Positions 46,279 through 56,100 of a DNA stretch of 64,000 nt are shown in pieces; position 1 is the stretch's first letter, and every line of letters begins with the position of its first letter. Source of the DNA: Candidatus Fermentibacterota bacterium (GTDB lineage: Bacteria; Fermentibacterota; Fermentibacteria; Fermentibacterales; JCC-6); contig JAUWSQ010000002.1 of assembly GCA_030609965.1 (NCBI GenBank), positions 1,395 through 65,394 on the forward strand, read 5' to 3'. The position numbers and the translations under genes are program-made. The notes under the pieces are model-generated. The model ran no database searches and was not told where the DNA came from. It worked only from the letters and a program-made list of their open reading frames with translations.

Positions 46279-48277
46279 ACGTGTTAAGGCGGAGGCTGCA
46301 AAGCTTCGGGAAAAGATACGTTACCACAACAGGCTTTATTACGCTGAAGACCGCACTGAAATATCCGATGGTGAATATGATGCGCTCATGCAGAGGCTTA
46401 TCGAGCTCGAATCACGGTGCCCCGAACTTGCATCCGAAGACTCACCCACTCACAGGGTGGGCTCACAGCCACTCTCTCGTTTCCCTTCCATCCTATGGGA
46501 TCCGCCAATGCTGAGCCTGGATAACGTTTTCTCAGCTGAAGAATTTGGTGAGTTCGACAGACGCATCAGACATGAACTGAAATCCGAAGATGATCCTGTC
46601 TACTCCGTTGAACCAAAGCTGGACGGACTTGCAGTTGCCCTTATCTATCAGGATGGGGTTCTCCTCAGAGCCGGAACCAGGGGAGACGGAAGTGATGGGG
46701 AGGATGTGACTCCCAATGTCAGAACTCTGCGGTCAATACCACTTAAACTAAGCTCCGATCTCTCCGGCAATCTTGTAGTTCGAGGTGAAGTGATATTCAG
46801 GAAAAATGATTTCCAGAAGATGAACCGGGATAGAGAATCCCGGGGGCTGGAACTGTTTGTCAATCCGCGTAATGCTGCGTCCGGGTCACTTCGGCAGCTC
46901 AGCAGCAGGATAACCGCCACAAGACCTCTTTCTTTCATTGCCTACGGAACTGCGCTCTGGCCCGATGGGATAACATCGCAGCATTCTCTTTTCGATTTCC
47001 TCGGCAGGCTCGGTATTCCTGTGAATCCCTATAATCTCGTATGCAGGGGTGCCCATGAAGTTGAGAAAGCCTATCACAAACTTGAGCAGAAACGTGATGA
47101 AATGCCCTGGCAGATCGATGGTGTAGTCATCAAACTCAACGAAGCCTCTCTACAGGCGAAGATGGGAACTCTCTCTCGATATCCAAGATGGGCAGCTGCC
47201 TGGAAATTCAGGGCTGAAGAAGCTGTAACACGGTTGATCGATATAGAAATCCAGGTTGGAAGAACAGGAAAGCTGACCCCGGTGGCCAGGCTGGAACCGG
47301 TATTCGTAGGCGGTGTAACTGTTTCAAGCGCAACGCTTCACAATGAAGATGAGCTTCTAAGGAAGGATGTCAGGCCGGGAGACATGGTAATTGTGAGAAG
47401 AGCGGGAGACGTGATACCTGAGGTGGCACGATCACTTGGCAGGTCCGACTCCAAAAGGGGGAAGAGGTTCGAGTTCCCCGTGAACTGTCCCGTTTGCAGG
47501 GGACCTGTTGCCAGAGAAGAGGATGCCTCAGCCCACAGGTGCATGAATCCATCCTGCCCGGCAAAGCTCAGGCAGAGTCTATTTCACTGGGGCGCCAGGG
47601 ATGCCCTTGATATTGAGGGTCTTGGCAGTAAACTCTCGGAGCAGCTCGTTGACAAAGGTATGGTCGGGGATGTTTCTGATCTTTACAGGCTTTCGCGGCC
47701 GCAGCTTGCATCACTGGACAGGATGGGCGGGAAATCTGCGGACAACCTCCTTTCAGAACTGAGAAATAGCCTCAGTGTGAACCTTCAGAGGTTCATTACC
47801 GGCCTTGGGATACCGGGGATCGGGAGAACAGTTTCAGGTCTTTTGTCCGGCAGGTTTTCCGATCTTCATAAACTGATGCGTGCTGATGTTGATGAATTCC
47901 TTGCTATTGAGGGAATCGGTCCTGTTCTGGCGGATAACCTCTATCGATTCTTCCATGAGAAGATAACGAGGGATGTGGTGAACAGGCTTCTAAACGCTGG
48001 ATTCAATCCTAAGGGCAGTGGTACCGATGATGGCGATAAGCCTCTTCTGGGATTAACGGTGGTTTTTACCGGCGGAATTTCAATTCCCCGCTCAGAAGTG
48101 AGGATAATGGCAGAGAAGGCCGGCGCGAAAGTTACCGGAAACGTTTCGGAAAGAACTGATTTTGTAGTTGCCGGCCCCGGTGCTGGGGACAAGCTGCGCA
48201 AAGCCCGGGAATTAGGGCTTGAAATAATAAGCGAGGATGAGTTCCTGAGAAGAATGATTGGGGACGGAGGTAATTAG
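46268..48277 (+). CDS. ligA: NAD-dependent DNA ligase
   Basis: The adenylation motif is VEPKLDG (KxDG). A Zn finger CPVCRGPVAREEDASAHRCMNPSCP, HhH repeats and a C-terminal BRCT domain are present. The last six codons lie in a palindromic repeat. Confidence 0.93.
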   Translation: MISERVKAEAAKLREKIRYHNRLYYAEDRTEISDGEYDALMQRLIELESRCPELASEDSPTHRVGSQPLSRFPSILWDPPMLSLDNVFSAEEFGEFDRRIRHELKSEDDPVYSVEPKLDGLAVALIYQDGVLLRAGTRGDGSDGEDVTPNVRTLRSIPLKLSSDLSGNLVVRGEVIFRKNDFQKMNRDRESRGLELFVNPRNAASGSLRQLSSRITATRPLSFIAYGTALWPDGITSQHSLFDFLGRLGIPVNPYNLVCRGAHEVEKAYHKLEQKRDEMPWQIDGVVIKLNEASLQAKMGTLSRYPRWAAAWKFRAEEAVTRLIDIEIQVGRTGKLTPVARLEPVFVGGVTVSSATLHNEDELLRKDVRPGDMVIVRRAGDVIPEVARSLGRSDSKRGKRFEFPVNCPVCRGPVAREEDASAHRCMNPSCPAKLRQSLFHWGARDALDIEGLGSKLSEQLVDKGMVGDVSDLYRLSRPQLASLDRMGGKSADNLLSELRNSLSVNLQRFITGLGIPGIGRTVSGLLSGRFSDLHKLMRADVDEFLAIEGIGPVLADNLYRFFHEKITRDVVNRLLNAGFNPKGSGTDDGDKPLLGLTVVFTGGISIPRSEVRIMAEKAGAKVTGNVSERTDFVVAGPGAGDKLRKARELGLEIISEDEFLRRMIGDGGN

Positions 48278-48301
48278 ATTTCTTAATTACCTCCGTCCCC
48301 A
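48259..48301. repeat. 43-nt perfect palindrome, copy 1 (18-bp stem, 7-nt loop gatttct); candidate terminator for ligA
   Basis: tggggacggaggtaatta-gatttct-taattacctccgtcccca. It contains the ligA stop codon (48275-48277). Confidence 0.8.
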
Positions 48302-48318
48302 TTTCAGAGAGGCACGGT

Positions 48319-49263
48319 ATGTTTACCCTTCTTGTTTTTGTTCTTCTGAGTGCGGTTGCTGCACAGTCCACTGACAACACAGTGCGCATACATGAATGGG
48401 GAGTTGTGGAGCTTGATCAGGAGTATCAGGGTGCTATTGGTGCTCTTAGGGGTTATCTTGACGATGAGGAAAACCTTAATCCTTACGAGATGTACGAAGT
48501 TGAGGCGCCTGTGATCTGGTTCCACGGGGCGGAGTGCACCGGAACCCTGACGGTTACCGCGAATAGCGGATTCATAACGACTGCAGTTCCATGGTACGAT
48601 GGCGTAGAGGTTGAAGAGGCAACAGGAATTGATGAACCTGGAAGTCAGACCGCCAGCTGGTACGGCCTGAGGATTACTGTGCCTGGTAATACCTTTGAAC
48701 TGCACGAGAGATATGCTGAGAATGAAGAGGAAGTTTTAGGCGAGACGGGAGCCTGGGATGGTTTTGAGTATGCCCTTCCTTACTGGAGGACCGTTCCGGG
48801 TAATACCATTCAACATCCCCTAAGCGGTTATTCTGGAAGTTTCCTTTATTACGAGTGCAGTTTCCGTGATATGAACACCTATGCGGAGGAATTATACGGC
48901 TATCAGGGCGTATACCTGCTATTCTTCATGGATGATTTCGATCTGATCTGCTCAAGCGCTCTAACCGATATGGAAATGGATGCAAGAGGAGCCGTGCTTG
49001 ACGATGAGGCTCTGCTGGAAGTCCTTGCCGAATGGAGCGGGGGTGGGCTTGAGATAAGCGAGCTTCAGGCTCTTTGGGACACCTGGCGGCCTGCTATAAG
49101 GTACCGGTGCGGTGAACTCGGGCAGACAGTCATGCTTTTTCCCCTGTCCGAACGGCAGACGGAGTCCATCTGTTCAATAGACTTCAAGCCGGACAGGGAA
49201 CAACAGGTGGAGTATCACAGGCTGTTCCTTGGCCTTGGTCAGATTGGGGACGGAGGTAATTAA
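48319..49263 (+). CDS. Hypothetical secreted protein
   Basis: The signal peptide is MFTLLVFVLLSAVAAQS. No recognisable domain. The C-terminus IGDGGN is identical to that of LigA because both ends lie in the same repeat. Confidence 0.5.
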   Translation: MFTLLVFVLLSAVAAQSTDNTVRIHEWGVVELDQEYQGAIGALRGYLDDEENLNPYEMYEVEAPVIWFHGAECTGTLTVTANSGFITTAVPWYDGVEVEEATGIDEPGSQTASWYGLRITVPGNTFELHERYAENEEEVLGETGAWDGFEYALPYWRTVPGNTIQHPLSGYSGSFLYYECSFRDMNTYAEELYGYQGVYLLFFMDDFDLICSSALTDMEMDARGAVLDDEALLEVLAEWSGGGLEISELQALWDTWRPAIRYRCGELGQTVMLFPLSERQTESICSIDFKPDREQQVEYHRLFLGLGQIGDGGN

Positions 49264-49287
49264 GAAATCTAATTACCTCCGTCCCCA
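49245..49287. repeat. 43-nt perfect palindrome, copy 2 (same stem, loop inverted to agaaatc); candidate bidirectional terminator
   Basis: tggggacggaggtaatta-agaaatc-taattacctccgtcccca. It lies between the convergent genes 48319..49263 and serC. Confidence 0.8.
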
Positions 49288-49295
49288 TTTAGTTC

Positions 49296-50378
49296 CTAGT
49301 TGGCCGCCTTGAACTTCTTCATGAACTCCACGAGAGCTTCAATACCCTCGTAGGGCATGGCATTGTAGATCGAGGCTCTGCATCCGCCAACGGATCGGTG
49401 CCCCTTCAATCCTAAAAGATCGTTCTCGGTGCCTTGGGCTATGAACTTCTTTTCCAGCTCTTCTGATGGAAGTCGGAACGTTACGTTCATCAAAGACCTG
49501 CTGTCCTTTTCCGCAGTACCCGTGTAGAAGCCGTTGCTATCATCCATGTAGGAGTAGAGGAGGCCGGCCTTCTTTTCGTTTGCCGCCTCAACAGCTTTAA
49601 TCCCGCCCTGCGCAAGGATCCATTTCATGACAAGACCCACCACATATACAGGGAAGGATGGAGGTGTATTGAACAGTGAATTCTTGCTCATATGGGTTGC
49701 GTAGGAGAGCATTGTGGGAACTTCCTTGCGTGCCTGCTCAACCCATGAGCGTCTGACGACAACCGCGGCGACGCCTGAAGGTCCGATATTCTTCTGGGCT
49801 CCGGCGTAAATGAGGGAGAATTTACCGAAATCGAGCTCCCTGGAAAGGAAATCGGATGACATGTCACTTACCAGAGGGACATCACCTGTTTCGGGGAAGT
49901 CTTTTATCTGAGTTCCTACAAGAGTGTTGTTGCTTGTAGTGTGTACGTACGCTGCTCCAGGAGTAAGGTTGAACTCCTTAGGAATAAAGTTGAAATTGGA
50001 GTCCTCACTGCTGGCGGCAATATTCACGTCACCGAAGAATTTTGCTTCTTTTACCGCCTTCTTGGACCATCCTCCCGTGACAATGTAATCTGCAGTCATG
50101 GAGTCCTTGAGGAAGTTGAAGGGAAGGGCGCAGAACTGAGTACTCGCTCCGCCGCCAAGGAAAAGCACTGCATATTCCTCATCTGAAAGCCCCATGATCT
50201 CAAGCATGTTCTTCTGTGTTTCACAGAACATCCGGTCGAACTGGGCCGAGCGGTGGGATATCTCCATTACGGACATTCCCATGTTTTCGAAGTTTACGAC
50301 ACCCTTTGCTGCTTCCTTCACCACATCGTAGGGAAGAGTAGCAGGTCCAGCGAAAAAGTTGAATACACGTTCGGGCAT
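49296..50378 (-). CDS. serC: Phosphoserine aminotransferase
   Basis: FNFFAGPATLP, FLGGGASTQF, the PLP-lysine block YAGAQKNIGPSG, and the C-terminal GGCRASIYNAMP. Confidence 0.92.
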   Translation of the reverse strand: MPERVFNFFAGPATLPYDVVKEAAKGVVNFENMGMSVMEISHRSAQFDRMFCETQKNMLEIMGLSDEEYAVLFLGGGASTQFCALPFNFLKDSMTADYIVTGGWSKKAVKEAKFFGDVNIAASSEDSNFNFIPKEFNLTPGAAYVHTTSNNTLVGTQIKDFPETGDVPLVSDMSSDFLSRELDFGKFSLIYAGAQKNIGPSGVAAVVVRRSWVEQARKEVPTMLSYATHMSKNSLFNTPPSFPVYVVGLVMKWILAQGGIKAVEAANEKKAGLLYSYMDDSNGFYTGTAEKDSRSLMNVTFRLPSEELEKKFIAQGTENDLLGLKGHRSVGGCRASIYNAMPYEGIEALVEFMKKFKAAN

Positions 50379-50507
50379 TTCTGTCTCCCTGGTTAAAGTA
50401 ATGCTGTGATAAATGAATTATTAAGCACCTCTGGAACAGACATGAATATGCATCCTGTAACCGGTAATCTGCAAGTGTCTGATTAAACAAACCGAATCAG
50501 ATTATTC

Positions 50508-51599
50508 CTAAGCTTTTGAAGCCCTCGATAGAAGGAATACACCCATTGAGATATAGACAATATCGGCTATGCTTGCCGCAAGAAGAGGGGGGAGTGCTCC
50601 CTTATGACCCAGGGTCTGGCCAAGCCGCAGAAGTGAGAAAAAGATGAAAGCGAGCAATATCGCAAGGCCGATGCTTGAGGACTTGCCGCTCCTCGGATTT
50701 CTAAGGGCCAGCGGGGCTCCGACGAAAACCATGATCAGATTTGAGAGGGGGAAGAAGAACTTCAGATAGAATTCGACCATGTCTCCCCTTGAGTCTCCCC
50801 CGGCTTCATCAACGCTTGCGATATAGTTCCGAAGTTCGATGAAATTCATTTCCCCCGGGGCTTTTTGCCTTGCCCCGAAATTTTCAGGTGTTTCGGTTAC
50901 CTCAGGGAGAGGAAGTGTATCAGCAGTTGAGAGAACAAGTGCACCGGATGGTCCGAATATTCTATCAGTGGTACCTATACCTGTCCATATGGAATCGAGC
51001 CACAGCATTCTGTCCATATCAAGCCTCCGGGTGACCCTGCTGCTGTCATCGAACCACTCTATGGTTACATTATCCATTGTTTCCGTCTGACCGTTGAAAA
51101 AGCCGATATCCAGTATTGAACCGTCCGGTGACCTGTGGGCAAAATTACTTCTTCTCGAATAATTTATAGGTTCCTGTCCATCTATCTCGATCCTTTTCAC
51201 CTGTGTCTGCTGGTATGTGGCATTGGCTACTATAAAATCGCCCACTCCGAGCTCGAAGACAGATGTGAGTCCCCCTACGATAAGCAGTGGCAGGAATATC
51301 CTGGGCAGGCTTATTCCCGCAGCCCTCATTGCAACCAGTTCGTTTTTTCTGGAAAGGGATGAAATCAGGAACAGCGAGCTCAATAGAACGGCTATAGGCA
51401 GTACCAGTACGATGATGTATGGCAGTCCGTAAAAGTAGTATCCAAGAAAAGCCCCAACTGATACATCCTTGTCTACCCATCTTGTGAAATGGTCAAACGC
51501 ATCGACGCTTACGAAGATGACCACGAATGATGAAACGGATACGATTATCATTTTGATGAATCGACGGGCAAGATAAATATCCAGCTTTTTGAAAATCAT
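50508..51599 (-). CDS. lptG: LPS export ABC transporter permease LptG (YjgP/YjgQ family)
   Basis: The N-terminus is KKLDIYLARRFIK. It has six TM helices around a periplasmic beta-jellyroll insert and overlaps the upstream paralogue by 4 nt. Confidence 0.75.
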   Translation of the reverse strand: MIFKKLDIYLARRFIKMIIVSVSSFVVIFVSVDAFDHFTRWVDKDVSVGAFLGYYFYGLPYIIVLVLPIAVLLSSLFLISSLSRKNELVAMRAAGISLPRIFLPLLIVGGLTSVFELGVGDFIVANATYQQTQVKRIEIDGQEPINYSRRSNFAHRSPDGSILDIGFFNGQTETMDNVTIEWFDDSSRVTRRLDMDRMLWLDSIWTGIGTTDRIFGPSGALVLSTADTLPLPEVTETPENFGARQKAPGEMNFIELRNYIASVDEAGGDSRGDMVEFYLKFFFPLSNLIMVFVGAPLALRNPRSGKSSSIGLAILLAFIFFSLLRLGQTLGHKGALPPLLAASIADIVYISMGVFLLSRASKA

Positions 51600-53008
51600 A
51601 CGGAACCGCTTTCCTGTGAGTCGGCAGCGGTACCCGTTTTATTCTTCCCGCGGATTCTTGTGAAAAACGACCTGGAAGCTGCGAGCAATCTCCCCAGCGG
51701 GAGAGGATTGCCCTCATGCAGGCTCCTTACCGTCAGCACTGTTCCAAAAGCTCCCAGGATGATATTCGGAAGCCACATCGAGAGGAATGCGGGCATCATT
51801 CTTCTGTCCGCAAGCTGTTCCCCGGCAATAAGAAAGAGGTAATATGCAAGAATCACAAGCAGGCTTACACCGAGGGCAATACCGGCACTGCCCTTTCTGG
51901 TTGAGAGCCCCAGCGGGACACCGAGAAGTACGAATACAATACAGGCGAATGGAATGGAGTACTTCTTCTGTATTTCAACCTTGTAACGGCTTATACTCCT
52001 CTGCAATGAAGCGTTACGGTCTGCCAGAATCCGAAGATCACCTGCATGCTGTGCCAGGAAATTCCTTGAGAGATTAAACCATGTCCGTGCGTCAACGCTG
52101 TCAGGAGGAGGGAAAGTATTTCTTCCGGTGAAGATCGTTGAATCATTGATCAGGGCAAGAAGGGGACCGCTTCCGAAACTGATCAGTGAATCCTCAAACA
52201 ATACAACCTGCTTTTCAAGAGAATCTACAAGAGCTCTCATCTGGCCTGCGGACAGTTCTCTGTCTCCCCGGTTATTCCTGTCCTGCCTGATAAGCTCCTC
52301 TGACCGGACTATCTCAACAGTGTACACTTCGAAGTCCAGTTTTCTGTACTCACCGTTCTCCGTCAGCTCATGCATCTGACCATCGGTAAGAACCAGGCGG
52401 AAACGATTGGCTGAAACAGGCTCCATTCTTCCCCTGAGGGCGGTAATAGTTCTCCCGGGCATACCGGGAACCCGTTCGTGAATGACGACGTTTTCAAGCT
52501 CACCGGTCAGATCGTCCTTTTCCTCCACAATTATCCTGTAATTTTCAATGTCTTCTACGAACATTCCTGGTATTATCTTCGCAGCCGGACGCATCGTACC
52601 GATGTCAAGGAGGAGATTCTTGGCCATATGATTCGCATCGGGCAGAACGTAATTATTGAAGAGAACCATTGTTGCCATCAGGAGGACAGCGACCAGCATC
52701 AGCGGTTTTATGAGCACGATGATACTCACGCCTGAAGATTTCATCGCGGTTACTTCAAGGTCGGACTCCATTCTGCCCACAGCCATCAGCACTCCGGCCA
52801 GAACTCCCATTGGAATCACCACAGCCACCATCGAGGGAAGCAGCAGCAGGAATACTTCCACAACGGTTCTTACGGGCACTCCCTTGCTTACGATCATATC
52901 CAGGAGATCAAGCAATTTATCCAGCAGCATCACAAAAGTGAAGATACCGCATGATAGGAGAAAGGGTGCAAGGAATTCCCTTACAGTGTAAACTTGCAAT
53001 TTTTTCAT
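51596..53008 (-). CDS. lptF: LPS export ABC transporter permease LptF (YjgP/YjgQ family, long form)
   Basis: The N-terminus YTVREFLAPFLLSCGIFTFVMLL...SKGVP is LptF-like. Same architecture as lptG. Confidence 0.75.
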   Translation of the reverse strand: MKKLQVYTVREFLAPFLLSCGIFTFVMLLDKLLDLLDMIVSKGVPVRTVVEVFLLLLPSMVAVVIPMGVLAGVLMAVGRMESDLEVTAMKSSGVSIIVLIKPLMLVAVLLMATMVLFNNYVLPDANHMAKNLLLDIGTMRPAAKIIPGMFVEDIENYRIIVEEKDDLTGELENVVIHERVPGMPGRTITALRGRMEPVSANRFRLVLTDGQMHELTENGEYRKLDFEVYTVEIVRSEELIRQDRNNRGDRELSAGQMRALVDSLEKQVVLFEDSLISFGSGPLLALINDSTIFTGRNTFPPPDSVDARTWFNLSRNFLAQHAGDLRILADRNASLQRSISRYKVEIQKKYSIPFACIVFVLLGVPLGLSTRKGSAGIALGVSLLVILAYYLFLIAGEQLADRRMMPAFLSMWLPNIILGAFGTVLTVRSLHEGNPLPLGRLLAASRSFFTRIRGKNKTGTAADSQESGSV

Positions 53009-53103
53009 TTAATTCTCATTATTGGCATTCGGTAATATTATACAATATGACAATTATACACTGTATCGGGAACCATGAGTAAGCTGGAGACTAGAATCTG
53101 CAT

Positions 53104-56100
53104 ATGAAAACAAGAACCAGCATTGTAACGTTTATCATACTATTGATAGCAAACGTATCTGCGGGAGCCGTTGGAGTGCGTACTCCCACGCTTCTTCCAG
53201 CCTATCCCTGGGAAACAGAGTACGCAAGCGAATTGCTCGTTGATCCCGGTGTATCCTGGAAACTGGTGCATTCCCTTCGGAGCAGTTTTCTATGCTGGCG
53301 GCTTTTCTATAGATCCATTCCCGTTTCGACATCGGGCTGTTTTCCCATTGATGTTCTGAACTATCGATCAATGGAGTGGACTCTTCGCGACACCTGGACC
53401 TCCACAAACAGCAGGAATTGCCTGCGTACATCAAGGGTGGAGGGCTCTCTGATACCTACTATCTACCTGCCCCTGGACATGCCGCAGATACTGGCGGGCG
53501 CAATTGGCGAAGGCGGGCAGATAGATATCAGCGGTTATCAGAAGATCACCCTTTCCGGAGTAACTCATTACAGACCGAACGCGGTTGAAACTGAGGGTCA
53601 GAGCCAGTCCCTCTTCCCGGATCTCAAGATGGAACAGGAATTGAGGGTTCAGCTGGAAGGAACCATCGGCTCCAAGGTACATGTTAATGTAAACCATGAC
53701 AGCCAGAGGAGCTTCGGTCCTCAGAGCAGTATCAGCCTGCGCTACGAAGGATACGAGGATGAGATAATTCAGAGTATCGAGATGGGTGATATCAGCCTTT
53801 CTATTACCGGGCCTGAATTCGTCTCGTACAGCATACCTCACGAGGGGCTTTTCGGAGCAAAAATAGTGGCCCAGGTCGGACCCGTTGAATTCACCACCAT
53901 TGCAAGCCGTGAATCCGGCTCCACCGAATCCTCGGAATTTGTCGGGCAGGCCACCCTGGTAGAAGACAGTATACTCGACATACACCCGGCGGATAACTAC
54001 TTCTTCTACACCTCACCCGATTCCCTGATCCAGCCCCAGATCGCATCGATCAGGGTTTTTCAGGATGACGATGATGGAACCAACAATCAGGAGACCGGAG
54101 CGGTTGAGGGGGCATGGTTCATTGAAGGCACGGGGGAGACGGGTCCCGGTTACTGGGATGAACTTCAGCCCGGCCTTGATCTGGACTACGTTCTGGTCGA
54201 TTCAGCCACAACCATACATTTTAACAGGCCCATCAACAATGATTACCGGATCGCCATCTGGATGGTCACCGCGGCGGGTGACACCATCGGTAACGCTAAT
54301 CCCGGTTCGGACTGGAATCTGAAGCTCATAAAACAGATCCGTCCTCTGCCGGATTATTCAACATGGAACTACGAACTTCGGAACAGGTATTTCCTGGGAG
54401 CCAACAACATCGTTCAGGAGAGCTTCAACTGCGCCATCTATCTTACCAGGTCTGGTGAGGACCCTATCCAGACGCAGGATGATACTACTTTCATAAAACT
54501 TCTGGGGCTTGATACCAACGGTGACGGTTCCCTGGCAGATGAGGAAAATGCCGTTGACTGGGATAACGGTTTTCTGGTGTTCCCCCAGGTCAGGCCTTTT
54601 ACCGATCCCGTCCTGGATGTCACTAACCCGGTTGTATACGAAGAGAACAATCCCCTTCCCGTACAGAGCAAGTACTTCATTGAGGTAAGTTACAGGGCGG
54701 CTTCAACCACGTATTCGCTGGGACGTATGGGGATTATACCCGGCAGCGAAAACGTAACTCTTACCATGGCCGGAAGCACAAGAACCCTTGTCAAAGATAT
54801 TGATTATTCGATAATCTATGAAATCGGTTTGCTTACCCTTATGGGAGAAGCCGCCGAGGATGCCCAGAACCCCAGTAACACCGTGCGGGTAACATTCGAG
54901 TACATCCCCCTTTTCGCCGCGCAGAAGAAGACTCTGATAGGAACAAGGGCCGTCTACGAGATCGGAACTGATTCATGGGTGGGGGCTACGGCAATGTTCG
55001 AGAGCGCAAGTACACCAGGAGACAGGCCGCGGGTTGGAGAGGACTCCACCAGGACTCTGGGAGCCGATATTGACGCGCACTTTGAAGCAGAACCGGAGTT
55101 TCTCACCGATTTCGCGAACCTTAGTCCCGGGATAAACACAGAAGCCCCCAGCAATGCGACCATCTCCGGCGAGATAGCCATGAGTTTTCCCAACCCGAAT
55201 GTAGATGGCAAAGCTTACATAGATGATATGGAGGGCACGGAAACGTCCTTTCCCATAGGGCAGGGCAGAATTTCATGGCACCTTTCAAGTATTCCCGATC
55301 CAGGTGCCTTTCAGGAAGATCCTGCTGGGGAAATCCGGTGGTACAATACATATAGAAGATGGAAACTTGAAGATATAGTCCCGAACATTTCAGGCAGGCA
55401 GGAAGATAATTATGTGAACAATGTTCTGGAGCTCTATTTCCAGCCTTCGGCAGGCAGCAGTAATTCCTGGGGCGGGATCATGAGGTGCATGGACAAGTAC
55501 GGGCTGGATCTGTCAGACAAGACTTATCTGAGGATGTACATAAGAGTTACAGGTTCTGCCGCGAATGCCAATATCTGTCTCGATCTCGGCGAGAGAATAG
55601 ATGAGGATTCCTACTGGCTCGAGAGAACAGCCGGAGAGCTTGTCAGAATGGCTAACGGTGTACTTGATACGGAGGATCTCAACTTAAACGGTGAGCTTTC
55701 AAGCGATGAGGATACGGGCCTTGATAATTTCTGGGATACCGAGGAAAACCCTCCCGAGGGAGGTGATCCAAATCTGGATAATTATCATTACGACGAGGAT
55801 TATCATGAATCTGTTCGATACGACAGTATAAACGGATCGCAGGGCAATAATGAGCTTAATACGGAGGATCTCAACAGAAATGGTGTTCTGGACAGGTCGA
55901 ATTCGTTCTTCCGGATCAATATACCTGTAGACAATCCCGATTACATAGTTTCCGGACCAAATGCGAATGGATGGATGCTAATAGAGATCCCGCTGGCGGA
56001 TACAGCGATCGTTTCCATTCCCGGATTCGTGACGGGGACACCAACGTGGGAAAAGATAAGCTACGCAAGGCTGTGGATGGATGGTTTTACAAGCGCTGAT

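Noticed and set aside
48259-49287. The palindrome-bracketed gene, considered as an integron-type cassette with attC sites.
   Set aside because: The palindromes are perfect and only 43 nt long, without the imperfect R/L box architecture or GTTRRRY cores. No integrase gene is nearby.
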